Source: Haplodiscus bocki (Eukaryota). Taken from it: a stretch of DNA of 64,000 nt. The stretch covers positions 76,880,001 to 76,944,000 of the forward strand of contig OZ296654.1 in the NCBI GenBank assembly GCA_965655095.1, given 5' to 3'. Position 1 is the first letter of the stretch. Every line of letters begins with the position of its first letter. Below are positions 22,331 to 36,049 of the stretch, in pieces. Below the pieces are notes generated by a model that saw only the letters and a list, made by a program, of their open reading frames with translations, did no database searches and was not told the origin of the DNA. Position numbers and translations under genes: made by a program.

Positions 22331-24299
22331 AGTGAAGCTCTGCAGAGATTATTATCATATTGATTTGATGCAGAAACAGAAAGTACATTGAAGGTCACGA
22401 GTAAATCACAAGTAATTCAACTCAATCTTTTGAAGTTCTTGTCACCTGTTTCCACCTCCTTTACAAAATGCTCGTCCGTTAGCAACTATCAGGATATCAG
22501 GAAAAACAAAAGTTATATTGAATGAGCTCAAAACAAAACATGAACACAGACAGCAGATCAAATTTCACCCTGCTAGAGTAGAACAGAGATACCTACTTCA
22601 ACAGGATACTATAGCGCAACGCAACGCTTGATTTTGTTGGATCTCTTTGATGCATCAGTTGTTCTACATTCACTTTTATCTAACTATGGGCAACCAAAGT
22701 ACCCCATCGTTTTCTTAAAAATGCATCAGTTCAGTTCATCAGATCAATATTAATCATCGATATTAATATAGCAAAAACGAAAAAAACTTTCTGTTACGTT
22801 TATATACAAAACAGCAAAAAAAAACGAGTTTCACTAGTTTTGGCGCTGAAATTCATGTGAGGCAGGAAAACCGTTCGTTCCAGGTTCAGCATTCACGTTT
22901 TCTTACATCAATTTCTTCAATCGCACGACGAATTAAAAGTGTATGCAAAAACCTTTTTTCACCAATTTCCATATTTGGCACAGAAAACGTCTCGTAAAAT
23001 TCACCTTCTCAAAGACTAATTTATTGCTAGAACTTCGGTGTTCTCGCAAAAAACACTGGAAAAATCTAGACTTTTGATACAATTTTGGACAGTTTTTTGT
23101 TCGAAGTACGGTAATTTAATATTTGTTGAGTAATCTTTAAAAAAATATATAAACAGCTATGAACCGGGCCTCTTGTTTTGAATATATTGCCAACATTGCT
23201 TTCAAAAACTGATAGCAAACTAAAACCAAGGAATTGAACAAAGAATATTTTTTTTAGCAAAAGCTCAATTTCTGCGTTCTCGGAGATCTTTTGACTGTGT
23301 TTTAAGATTGTTTTTTACTTGATGAATCCTGATCATGGTTTCCACCAGATCAAAGATGAACGAGGAGAGACATGGTGAAAAGTTAGTAGGAAACTGATGG
23401 GATCGAAACCTTTGATTCAAAACACACGATGTTGTTTGTTGTAACACGATTGGTACCTTGATGTGGAAAAGAACGCGAAAATTGTCAACCTCTTTTGCAT
23501 GTTCAAGTGCAGTTGCTCCTCTGAAGCATTTGTAAGCAAACAAGTTGATCGTTTTATCATGACATTTTTTTGAAAAATACATTGAAAAAGAAATCTGTTG
23601 GGGAACATGCTTTTGTTGAATGACTTTGATCAACTGCTTTCGCCAAAATCTACAGCCTATAACCTTTTCCCGTTCACCTTTTATTGTGTATGCTGACAAT
23701 TTTTTGAGAGCCTTCTGCAAAAATTTTCACATTTGTTTAGCGAAAAATGATTTGTTACCCTAATTCGTGTATAGTCCTAACTAGAAATCCAAAAACTATC
23801 AACATTGCAAAATTTGGCACACTGGCAATTTTTTTTCAAAATTTGTGACATCTTTTGGCATCCGTTTTGTGGCAAGAATCCTCCTGAAGCTCAAATATGG
23901 GCTATGAAGACGAAATTTTTTCAGAATATTCGGATTCTTAGTTTACGATGTAACCTATGAAACTGTTTTCGAGTGATCGTTCCGTACACTCGGTTCTTGC
24001 AACTTTGGTCCCTCTAAAATTAAAGCAAAAGTGTTTACCTTCGCAGGTGCAATTTTTTATAACTCTCCAGCAGAATAGAGATGCTTCTCAACTAAACTTT
24101 CTCCGAATCATTTGTTTTTGGTAATCATGTTCAGAAAAGTTGACGCATTCTCTTTGAAAACGTTTGCTCTCATTCTGTTTGCGTGTAGAGCACAAGAACA
24201 AGTCTTGATAAATTAAAATATGTTACATTAAAAACAATTATGACTAACTTGTCAACTCCTGCTAGCTTCGTTCACCAAAAAATGTATGTCATTCTAGCG

Positions 24300-25270
24300 A
24301 ATTCCTTCGTTTCGTGGAACTATTTAAGGGCAAAAATTATTTCTGCTTGAGAGTTTTCTGAGTTTCAAAAAAGTCCTACCCTGGATTTCGTTACATTTGT
24401 AGTTGTGTCTGAAATGATCACAGAACCATAAGCAGGGACACCCTGGGATTTTTCCTGATAATCAATCTGTGAGAAGGACCCAGATCTTTTACTTTTTTTG
24501 CTGGGGCGTTTTGATTGAATTCCTCAGTCTGTGATACACCAGTAGCATCAAGTAGAATATTAAAAACAATTGCCTAAAATGACCGTTTTCCATACGCAGT
24601 CTTTGAGTGAAGCCATAAAACAAAACGCCCTTTTTCGTACCATATGTGAAATTTTCTGGGAAATTCGAAAGTTTATCAGGAACCCAAAAAGACTTTGTGG
24701 TTACTATTTAGTAACTTTTTGCAAGAAAAGTCGCGTTAAGTTTTTTCTCCGATCAATCAGTTGGTTACATGGGGATTTAGTAAGCTTGATAGTTTTGAGA
24801 AAAATCTGTTCAGTAACTGATTGCTGTGCCAATTTCTGGTTTGGCAAAAGGAAGAACGAAAACGAACTGTCCGACAACATGGCACTGGGCTTAAAACAGG
24901 AGGAGTGATAATTTTTGTTTTCTGTTTCATGCAAGCCGATTCCGGATGCCAGAACACTTCATCTTCACCATCATGATGTTCAATTGCTCGAGAACAGCCC
25001 AGCTTCTCTTTTCAACCTCCCTACACAAGATGTTCGAATACTCTTGAGGTTAAATTGGAACAGAGTTTGTTTCCAACCTCACAGAAAAGTGATAAATTTT
25101 TAAGGACACCAACAACAAAAATGACGTCTGACTTTATGGGGAAAAGTTACAACAATGGGTCAACGGATAGAATTTTTGATCTTGCTAAGTAAAGACAATA
25201 ATTGCCCCAAGCAATAGAGAAAATCAAAGTCGGGGATGAATCCCCAGTTTTTACGGCATGTAGTTGAGTG
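24300..25270 (+). pseudogene. Protein-primed family B DNA polymerase remnant (Polinton-like)
   Basis: RKFIRNPKRLCGYY (cf. K...NSLYG, about 24666-24707), FMQADS (cf. xDTDS, 24926-24943) and LLRLNWNRV/EFVS (cf. GLLKLE...EFV) in the expected order. Confidence 0.45.
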
Positions 25271-26450
25271 TCTTCTAGCGTTGATGAGTCAATCAGAAAA
25301 TTTCATTTTTATCAACTGGATATCATTCGAGAAACAAATATGAATTTAGCGTTTGGAATTGCATCACATCAACCGGAGACTAGAAAAAACGATGGATCTA
25401 TTTTGGAGATCATTGTTCCAACATTGTTTACGTTTGTGAGACATGTTGTGTTCAATTTTGATTCAATTTATTTAATACCCTATGCCCCACGTGTTTCAGG
25501 AAATCAAACATTGTCACAAAAACTTGCCAACTCTTTCACTTGTTTTCTCAAACAGTACCAACTGGTAATAACTTTTTAAGTATTCGATACACTCAAAGAT
25601 TACCCATTGAAGAATCAAACTCTTCTTGTTCCACATAAAAATGTTCACTTGCCTCGAGTTTTCAATAAAAGAGTAGACTGGCCAACATTTTCGGGAAAAT
25701 TTTTAATTCCCAAACACCAGCACGTTAGTTTCGATTTCTGGTCTCGAATCGTACAGCGAGTTATGTGAAAGCTTGGTTTTTGGTGGAAACTATCAAGCTC
25801 AATAATTAGATGGTTTGAAAGACTTTCCTCATCTGCTGAACAACGAACGAAACAAGCAAATTTGTTTCGTCACAGAACGTTAATGGATGAATCTTCCAAA
25901 AACAACCAAATCTAGTCGACAGATTGAGGAGAACTAGAAGTAAAAAACATTCCGGAAACCTCAATTACGAAATTCGTTTCCTACCTCGACATCTTCGCCA
26001 AGTTTTTCTTCCTCTCGTTGATCAATCATCTAGATGGTATCCTCAAATTTCAATAGAGGTTCAAGGAAACTTTGTATACGAAATGAAGTACTTTAGAAAA
26101 TCTACATGGACAAAACACAAAGTTTTTGTGCGCAAATTTCATTCAGAAAGTCCACTCAACAAAATAGTGTACCTTCGGGTTAGATTTCAATGTAAGGGTA
26201 TTTGTTTGGATGTATAGGCCGAGGAAATCAAAAAATCTTTATCTCGTTAGGTTTCCCAACATCCTAAAACTATAGGCATCAGTTGTTTTTCAAATTCTCA
26301 TCACTTTATCAACTGAATTTTGCCAGAAAATGTGTTTTTTGGCCTTTTGCAAAAGCCAATTTTTTTAAATCTTCGGGAATGACGTTCGAGAGCTAAACGC
26401 CATCGAAGCTTCAACTATTCCACACATTTCATTTCAAACATTTTTGTTCA
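25270..26450 (+). pseudogene. Possible Polinton major capsid plus adenain-like protease remnants
   Basis: LANSFTCF and FLPRHL, then FISLGFP (about 26238-26258; cf. FDSFG.P) and a degenerate CG.FC position near 26330-26350. Confidence 0.3.
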
Positions 26451-28299
26451 CAAGAAATTGTCTTTTCACTATTTCAGTACAGAAAGCAAAATGAGTAACC
26501 CCTAAAAATGCCATTCAAAAAATTCGACGCCTTAGCTCCGAATGTACCTGCATTCTCATGAATTAGCAAAAAGAGAACTGTTACTCCAAAAGTCTTCTAA
26601 AGTGAAACTGGAAGTTGAAGGAGGTTTACGTAACAAAAAAAGTAATCCAGTCACGTGACCAGGAAAACATGAAACAGTAAAACGCTCAATCAGCAACCAG
26701 TAGACAATCCAGTGAGTGGAATAGCTAATACGGAAGCAATTAGTCTCAGTGCATAAAACGGACGGAATACAAAATACCAAAATTAGTCACCATAACCAAA
26801 ATTTCCGAAAAATAAGTGTCGGTCCAATTCTAAATCCGATCGTCTTCTTCAAAAAAGCTGTGGGAAACAAAATATTGAAGCAAGCACTTGTGCGTAAATG
26901 ACAATTCTGCTTACAAGAGGTGTCGCGAAAGAAAACGGGGAAGTATTTTGTTTTGTCATCAAAGTGTTTTTGTTTACCAGTACTTTTCTCAAATTTTACT
27001 TTGTTACTCGCAAAAAGCTAAATTCTGCTCAATTGCGCACAAACTTTGAGCGCCCTCAACCTGTGTGGAGAATTCTTGCAGTTTCAACCGTTCAGAACAA
27101 GAAAGAAACGTAGTTTTTTCTCTTTTCCTTTTTGGTATTCTGAAGCAGATGCAGTGTTGAACGTGGTATATCAGCAGCGTAAATTGATGTAAAGTAGCTG
27201 TCTGGAACATCTGCGCTCATTCGATCCAGTTTCTGAAAGATCCAGAAGCAAGAAGTCCACTTTCGTGGCAATCTAGAACAATAGAAACACCGTTTGGAGG
27301 TTTAATGCGCCGACCAGACAACATTTTGTCTTTTAGGGAGTCAGCTTTGGCTATTATTAGTTCACTAATTTTGAGTCACCTTTTCTAATGAAAATTGTTT
27401 TCAAGTGGACTCTTGTACAGCTCGAAACTTCGCAATTTCTCACTTTGTACTTCATGGCGTGGTGAAATTTTTGTTGAACAGAAAAAGAGGTTGGATCAGA
27501 CTGCTACTTCACAAAGCTCATGACTCAAGGTAGGAGTATCATTTTTTTGTTGAAATCCTTTTTACATGTCAAGGTGTCTACGCATTCTTGTGAAGATGTG
27601 TCTTGGATTGAAAAGAACGTAGCTTCTCTTTAAGAAGTTCGGATGTGAGATCTTTCATTGCATGGCAAGTTCTGTTCGGCCAGATATTGCAACAGCTCGC
27701 AGAGGAATTGTTGGTAGTGTTTGCGTTGGAACGAAGGAAGTAAAAAAACTTTGTTCTTGGGTCTAAAACATTGCAATCTTGGGACCATAAAAATTTTTTG
27801 CTTAACTGTTGTGCACAAAAAAACATTTATTGTTTCAATCCTTCGGGAAGATATTGAAAAGAGAATGGTTGATTCCTAGTCCATCCAGAAAATTTTTCGA
27901 TCGTTCTTTCAGGGCAGTTAGTCAATCAAAAAAAGAAAACAGGTGCAAAAGACACCGAATCACAACATCTGTTGAATAGTTTTGACCAAAGACCCTACTG
28001 TTTTCTTACACTGATGAAGTTCATCATTTCATGAGTAGAATTGAAGAAAACACGCGGGATGTTTCAAAAAAGTAGTGGTCACCTGATAAAGCCAGTCTGG
28101 TTTTGCACATAGCCCAATCATGTAACAGTAGCCAAAATTATTGCCAGCATGACAGAGAGCCGCTGCCGCATTGTAATGAATATTTAAAACGGAATTAAAA
28201 CACAGAAAGTCCAATAAGGAGTCACGTTCGCGAAAGATTCCGAAACTACGACTGCTTTTCAAAACTCAGTTTTACTACTCCAACCTTGACATGCAGTTC

Positions 28300-29070
28300 A
28301 AAGTTCTTTCTAATGAGGCTCTCGTGTCTATATAACAGTTTTGGTTCGAAAAGTGTAGGGAAATGCTCACTCGAAACTACATCTACACTTGAAAATTTTT
28401 CCTCGAAGTTTTGAATAGTTTTTCTGTCGATACAATGGACCGCTTGAAAAAGATGTCAATGTAAAGCATGAAATCCCTTCTTTTTGTCGGCAACCTTTTT
28501 CCTCTTAACTTGAGATCCAGTTTAGTATGTTTGAGGTATATCTATTTGGGTAAAGATCAACGTTAAATTCAGTAGTGCGTGTCAATTTTCTAGAAGAAAC
28601 TTTTCTCCTCCCACGTTTGAACACCGATTTGGGCAGGCGAGAAAAGTCTTCCCGACAAAAAGTGTTTTCAAAGTCTGATAGACGTTCCATATCATCTTCG
28701 GTAAGCGATAAATATCCGTGAGAAGTTTTGGAGTTGCCACTGAAACAAAGTAGCGTCCTAATTTGAGTTTAGCTCGAGAAGGAAGTTTCTATCATACTCA
28801 ACGTTCCAACCTATAAAGATTCAAAAACGAAAAATCAAGAAAATTAATTGGTGGCAATCACATTCCAAGGAAAATGGAAGGTGTTTGTGGGTCTGAACTC
28901 TTTGAAGAGACTATGTCCTCGTTTGCATTGTCTTCTGCAGTGAAACTACCAACGAAGTCTGATGACCACTGTCGCTCCTGGTGTCTTTTGATTTCTGGTC
29001 GGACACCAACTTCTAGTTCCAACTCGACGTGAGTCAGATACAGGTAATCAGTTACCATTTCCATTTTTTC
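28300..29070 (-). pseudogene. Possible Polinton major capsid N-terminal remnant
   Basis: EMVTDYLYLTHVELELEV, MIETSFSS...HGYLSLTEDD and RKLTRTTEFNVDLY resemble double-jelly-roll MCP N-terminal motifs. Confidence 0.35.
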
Positions 29071-29709
29071 GAGATTTATAACATCACAAACTTCAAGGCA
29101 AAAACAGAATTTGGTTTTGAGTTTTCACAAAATTGCGTCAAGTAGAACCAACAAATCAGCAATCAGAGGTTCTTTCTTGCAATTAATGTCTGCATGGGCA
29201 AATTCAACTTCTTATATAAGTGCAAGCAAGTTTTAAAATTCACACATTGATTTTTTTTCAATCCGTTCAGCTCGAACTAGTGCCTACAATCTGCAGTTGA
29301 GAGAATTTTCGCATGCGCCCTCACTTTCCCTGCAACGAAACTGTACAGCAACCTGCGCTTTCCTAAAATTTCAGTAATTTGTTTGCGCGGCTTTTCCTCA
29401 GCGTGGGCGCTTCCTTCAATTACAATACGAAATAACTGTTATAACAGTGACTAATTCCTACATATGTAAAAAATTTTAATAAAAATTAACTTACGCCAAC
29501 AAATTTCTGTTCATATGTTATATCAGTAGTTCCCGTTGTACTGTGGTGCCTTTGCAATCAACAATACTTGTTCGATTTGTTCACTAGTTTTTCGTTGGCG
29601 CAAGTGAAGTGAAACCCATTTTCGCCTTTGGCTAAAATGTTGTCAATGCGATCTAGCTTCCTAAATAGTTCATACTTAGGGATGCCTTGTCTCTTACTGC
29701 CATCCAAGT

Positions 29710-30000
29710 ACTTTAACACAGTATTTGCCGCATTCTTCCTTCTGGTAGACTACTTGCCGAACAATTTGAGGAAGTACTGGAGAAAAGTCTGAATTTTGTT
29801 GTATCAACGCGTGAATTGCAGTTTTGGTCAGCTTGCCTTCGTGTATCTACTGTCGGTTGAGCAAAACCGTCGATCAATTTTATAGTTAGACTCAAGAAGG
29901 GCGGTATGTCCTCTTGTACACTCAAATACAGACATTAAAATTGAAAAGAACGAAGTGGAGGAGAGAATGATGTTGGGTACTGTGAAGTGAAGCTCAAAAT
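29710..30000 (-). pseudogene. Adenain-like cysteine protease remnant (Polinton-like)
   Basis: LIDGFAQP (cf. YFDSFG.PP) followed by ECGKYCV (about 29716-29735; catalytic CG.YC motif). Confidence 0.5.
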
Positions 30001-30199
30001 AAACATGTTCAGATGTTGAGACTTTAATTCTTAACCTTTGGCATATTTTTTCATTCGGCTCACTTCATCATTCACACTGGAAAGAGCCTTCGTGAAGATG
30101 AGAAGGAGTCTCGTGAAAATGGGAATCAGAGACTTGGGTGGTATCTCATTGATGCATTGAATGTAACCATATGTTTCTGCGTACTCAATCTTCTCCACG

Positions 30200-30600
30200 G
30201 GCAAAGAATCTTTGAGCAAGAATTGCTCTACAGATTTGGCTGCGATATGCACATTGACACGTGTGTTCTTTCTATTCAGTCTCCATCACTCACATTTGTA
30301 CAAGTCAACTATTGACAACATTTTATGCATTTATTCACGTCTCAGATCCTTCAGTCTCCTCGTCGAACAAAAAAAGTCCACATTTCCAGAAATTTTTTCC
30401 AGAGGTTTGGGGAGCGAATACTGGAACGAGAAAAATGAGAAAGCACGCGGTAGCTTCAAACTTTTTTTCGCACTAAGACAAAGCCGCATCAACACTGATG
30501 CGTCTAATTTTCTTCTCTCTCCAGTTTTGCAAAAAAGAGACGCTCGAGTCGGAACAATAAAAAGTGTTGATTGACTCCTTCCCAAAAGCACAAAATCAAC
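30200..30600 (-). pseudogene. Possible Polinton major capsid C-terminal remnant
   Basis: TLFIVPTRASLF...LMRLCL...AFSFFSF resembles F.IP.G...RRL.I...NPF.F. Lies immediately upstream of the protease remnant. Confidence 0.3.
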
Positions 30601-33399
30601 AGACGCCAGTAGATCAGTAGTTGCAAAGTGACCTCAATGAGTAAACTGAATCAGATTTGATGAAGAAATAGGTGGTTTATACAGGAATAAGTTGGTCAAA
30701 AAAGCATTCAGAAGTTATACGAAAAGACTATTGATTAACTGAGAGGTTCTGGAGCACAAAGATATCCGTGAAAGTCTATCGGCATTTAAAAACCGATAGC
30801 CAATGCAACCTACAAGGAACTTCAAAACCCGTAAAGTACAATAAGGCAAGAAGGACTAGCAATCACCAAACAAACACCTGCCACACCCAATACCAGGCAT
30901 TCTAGCTTTAAACAGTCAGTAATTTTGTTTCGTTCCAAGACTGCGACAGATGTTATCCTGGACCTAATTTTAAAAAAGGCGGGTTCTCTCTGTAGACGTC
31001 ATGGATTTTGTTCCTTTTTAGTTTTGAGTGTAATTTAACAAGAAGATAGAAGACAGAGAATGGATATTCTTCTGAAAGGAGCTTTTTTTGTTTTGAGGAA
31101 GCATATTTCCAAAAAATCTGAATTTGAACCCTAAAGTATGCAAAATGCCAGTCTTTGAGCCGAATTTTGTTCCACAAGTTGGAAAATTAAAAAAAACAGT
31201 CGTTCTTCATTGTTATTTTTTGAACTGTGTCTTCCATAGTAAATGTTCAGAACAAAGACCATGAAAAGCTGCAAACCACAACAGGCTCATAAATAGGATA
31301 TTTTTTATTCAATTTTGAAACAACAGTCTCTACACTCATTGTGGAAACAGACTTTCACTCTTTTGAAGTCTAGTGTCAAACTTGTTTCTCCGATTGAAAT
31401 TGACTTTTGCAGATAGTAGCTACTACCAGGAAGGCTAACGACTGAGAAACGAGATCTCTCCATATCTCCTTCGTGTGCAGTTATCTTTGAAAGACAATTG
31501 TGATAAAAGGTAATCCTTGTTTGTTTGCATACAAAACCACACACCCTATGAAACTTAATCAAAGAAACTCTTGTGAGCAGATGCTGGAAACGTTTCAGTT
31601 TTCTCCTATAAGGGTCACTTTTTCAGCATACTCTCAGCTATTGCTCAGTTTCTGAAATTGCTGCTGTTGAATTCTCTTTATCCTTATGTCCTTACTGGTT
31701 CGAGAGAAACGAGCACTCTGCTGGACCTTTCTGCAAATCTTAATGAATATTTGTTTAAAAGTGGTATCCTTGCCATGTCTCAGAAAAGCCTCATATCCAA
31801 TAAACGGTTTTCACAACAGAATTCTATTTCATCTCAATAAGATGTCTCATGCCCATTTTTATCCTCCTCCTGTACTCCTACGGTTGAAGGTACTTCATCT
31901 TTTACCTGCAAAATTCGTTTCTGGTTTTGAAATATTAGAAATCGCGGCTGATGGTCGTCCGAAAAATCTTTTCGTTTGGAAGCTGGAAAAAAATTCTAAG
32001 AATTTGGTATAAAAGTTCGTGAAAAGTCATTTGGACCCTTAGTAAATGAAAACGTTGCAAAGTCCAAAATCTACAGGATTCTGTCGTCAGAAACTGCTTG
32101 GATAGGCTTTCTGTTTGATTCTGGAAGCAAGTTGTTTCTATGGAGAAGCACGAAAATCTGCTTTATTTTTTGATGGGAGGGAAGTGCGAAGAAGTTTTGC
32201 CATTGAGCTGAATAGTGTTTCGTTTAGCGTTCAATTGGTGAAACTAGTTTAATTCACAAGAGAGGTGGTTTCGTTATCGGGGCTAGTAATCTGCAGAAAA
32301 GTTCGTTCCTTCCGCACCAAATGTTGTTAGAGTCATTCTTTGCAGCGCAAACAAGTTTCGATCACATTAGAAACCTTGGGAAGTTCAATATGTTGCAATC
32401 TACGAAATTTTTTGGCTCTCAGATTTCGAACACAATTCAACTCCATTTATCTACACTGCAATGTTGTCTGGCTTCAAAACGATTTCAAACAAGGTTCTTC
32501 CTAAACGATTGGTTTGAACAATCGGTGACTTTCGGCAGTCTTCTGTAGGTCACCAAATTCATCTTTATAGCAAACCACCCTCCTATTTAGTTAGTTTTTG
32601 TCGCCCTAAAATGCACTTCTCTCTTGGAAGCAACGTTTTGAGGATCCGACGAGACTCCAAACTTCTGAAAACCAAATTTGATCAGTGGTTACATTGAAGA
32701 CGGCCGGAGGTGCGCATTTCTTGAAGCATTTTTTGTTTGGGCTAAATGCAGCACCAGTTACTTTTTCTCACCACATGGCATCGTTTTTTCCACAAAATGA
32801 ACTGATGCTAGTCGTTTTTTCAAAGTTTATTCAGGTGTCCTGCTTTTGACGTTAGGAATCTTCGCAAAGACGAATTGATTGCATCCATTGTCAACTTTCC
32901 CAATGGAAAAGACACAAAATTTGTTTGGTTTAAAGGAAATTGATGCAAAGTTTTCAATATTTGACTACTTTTTGAAGTCCCGATGACAACCAGAGAAGAA
33001 ATGGTTTCTTTATATCACCTAAGCAAAGGCAGTTTTAGATGTCGTTTGCGGACGGGTTGGTTGTGTATTCCTGTTAGCTTTTGTGGGGAATTGCCACTAG
33101 TTGTCCAGAAGGGAGGCAATTTTCTCTTTGGTGAAAAAGTCTCTCTCGGAAACGGAAAAACTATCGGTTCACGGGCTTTTTTGACGACGCAATTGTGAAA
33201 TGTCTGGGATATTGCGGAAAAAGTAACTGTCTACGGAGGTTATGCCGCAAAATGCAATAACCTTTCCAGTTGAATGGTGGTCTGAGACAGTAGGTCTCTC
33301 TATCAACAGTTAATCGTACCAGTTCATTAACTTCCCCAAAAACAGGTGTCCGTATCAAAAAAACTGAGTTCAACTTCAATACTTTTCTCAGACAGGTTG

Positions 33400-33800
33400 T
33401 CTCGACCTAGTGTGATGAATCTTTCACGTGGATAACTTATTGCAACGGAGAGGTCACGGCTGTGAAGACGTACGAAAAAAACTGGCAGCTCTTGTTCCCT
33501 TTATGTGGAGTTAACACTCTTTGTGAGTACTTTCCATTTGTGCTATAGGTATTGAGTAACACTTGATACATTTTAAGGCCCTTTGTTTGTTTTGCATTGC
33601 CAAAGTCACTTTTGTACAAAGTTTCCAACAAGTGCAATTAACCTTGCTAAACAAGTTTCGCTCAACGGTCTTCTCTTCAACCGCCATCAAAAAGTATTTT
33701 ATTCAAACGAGAACGCAATTGAAAAAAAATCCGCGTCACATGATGAGATTTTCTGAGGAAACAAAAGATTGCATGCAAGTTTTCTACGACTGTAAAAACT
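33400..33800 (-). pseudogene. Retroviral-type (rve) integrase remnant
   Basis: KTVERNL (cf. AER.IRTL) and VLLNTYSTNGKYSQRVLTP (cf. YN...H...TP). Confidence 0.35.
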
Positions 33801-34799
33801 CGTGAAACTATTTGAACCACCGTAAAATTGAGAATCAGAGCTCTCTTAAGCTTGATTTCACCTTCACGGAAAATTTTGGGACCAAGGTTTTCTCGGCTTC
33901 TACGTTATATGAGAATACAAATTCGCTGGAAAAGGTTGTTGCAAAAAAACAACAATAGTTGAAACCGACATTGTTTTGAACTAAGTTGATAATACGATTC
34001 TCAAATAAGAAGCTGCAGGAATGTTTTTACATATTCTTGAATTCTCGGTTCAAAAAGGCAACACACATAAAATTCAACAACCCGAAAAAAGTTCTCAGCG
34101 CAAAATTTAGTTCGCAAAATCAATTGATTATCTTTTGAGAACCTAATCCGTCAAGCAGGAGTGGGTCTGGCTGTTTGAGTAAATTGGGATTTTCTAGTAG
34201 ACAGAAAATGCCGCTATCTTTACGCGCGCAGAATCAATTTTTATCTCAATCACCAACGACCAATTCAAAACGCTAAGGGGTCTTTTCTTTACACATGATT
34301 AAATCGAGTTTTGTTCTGTAATGCAGAACAGAAAATGCAAACTTTCCTGTTTGACACACTTACACTGACTTCCCTTCAACTCAGAAAAGCTTCTCTGGGC
34401 TGTAGGGACACATTTTCACGAAAGCCTTTTTCAAAGAGAAAACAATCAAATGTCTTACTTCTGAGGAGATTTTCTAACGGCAAAATTGTGGCGGTTCTGT
34501 GCCCTTGCTCTCCCTCTGCAGTTAAATCAAACTGGACGAAAAGGTTCTAAATTTTTTCGGTCCTTCATCAAAAGAATGGACGGATGCAATCGTTGTGACT
34601 TTCCTACAGTTCGAGAGAATAAAACTTCTCTATTCGAGGAACTCCAAGCATAGAGGAATCTGTCCTTTGATATTTTTTTTCCGAAAAGCAACCTTGTCGG
34701 AAAACTTGCCAGGTAACGTTTAAGAAAATGCGAGAGACATCCTGACTATTGAGGTCCAACAACCGTAAGTTTGAAAGTCCAACAACGTAGTGAAATATC

Positions 34800-35950
34800 C
34801 TCAATTGTTGTCAATGAAGCAGTTTTCATCTGTAGCTGTTAACCCCAAAACCTCAATGCATGTTTTAAGGGATCATTTTTAGCCCTTGCGGTTGCACAGT
34901 AAACTGCAACCCAAATTTCTGTTGCTTGTTCTTATGAAATCAGTAAGTCTCTTTTGGCGCTATCATGGAGCTCAACCAACAGAGAACCCAACCGGAGCAA
35001 TTGATATAAACAAGCATCAAACAACGTGACAGCGGAGTTTTTTTGACATGCCTGACCCCTGTTTGCTGTTGATACCGCGATCTTTGACTGCCTCTCAATA
35101 AAATCGTAATCGCTCTCTAATCGTGCTAGTTTCATTAACAAAGAAACTTTTGACCCAACTGATATCATATAATCAAACCGGTTCGACCGTTTCAAGTTTG
35201 ACGTTTTTCAGTTATTGATTTTACTGAAAACTTTGAGGCAAACCCATTTGGTGGAGATTTATGTATCTTCGGAGACAAAACGTTTTTTCAACAGTGATTG
35301 GCTCACTGGCATTGACAAAATTTAAATTATGATCTTCCTAAGATGACTCTTGTCAAAGGAAAACTACGTAGGTGTAACCTTTTGACGACAACAAATATAA
35401 CTGTGTGAACCTGGTGTCAAGTGGAATGCAGGACTTTAGACCAAGTTGTTGTCGAAAGGTAGACACCACCTATTGGGTTTGAGAGTTATCAAAATGTGCA
35501 ATAATTGAGAAAGTAGGAGCAAAAGTGTTCCTTGAGAGGTTTTTTTCGAGGATAACAACAAAATATTATTCCAAAATTAGAGGCATTGCAAAACAAGGAA
35601 GTTCACCACAACCAGGTTATCAGTTTTTGAAAGCTCGGTTGTACATTGAAATAAGTAGCCAACTTCTGCTTAAGTTTCTAGAAGACAATTTGCGAAATTC
35701 CACTGCTTCAGGCAAAGAGATGAAGACCTACTTATTGTAAGTCAAAAATTCAGAATATGTTAATGAAGGTGGATCCAACATTTTGGTACGTATGGTGGTT
35801 GATGTTTACTTTTATCTTTGGGAGTCAACGATCGTTTGCAGATCCAGTGTTGGGCTTGAAGCCAAGCAACTTTGTCCGAACTTGGTCTGTCGACACATGC
35901 TGACCACAAATCACATTTCGGGATCTTGACTCGCAAACTGGTAGGCTTAT
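34800..35950 (-). pseudogene. Possible second pPolB remnant
   Basis: RNVICGQHV (cf. R..VVGG), PLDTRF at the MPTG position, and CLYQLLRLGSLLVELH (cf. ILQYAKLRMLELY). Confidence 0.35.
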
Positions 35951-36049
35951 ACAGCGAGAAAATAAAATTCAAGACTTCGAAAATGAGGTTTGGTCCCATT
36001 TCAAACGAGTGAAAGCAGATTTTATGTAAAATTGACAACGTCCAAAATA

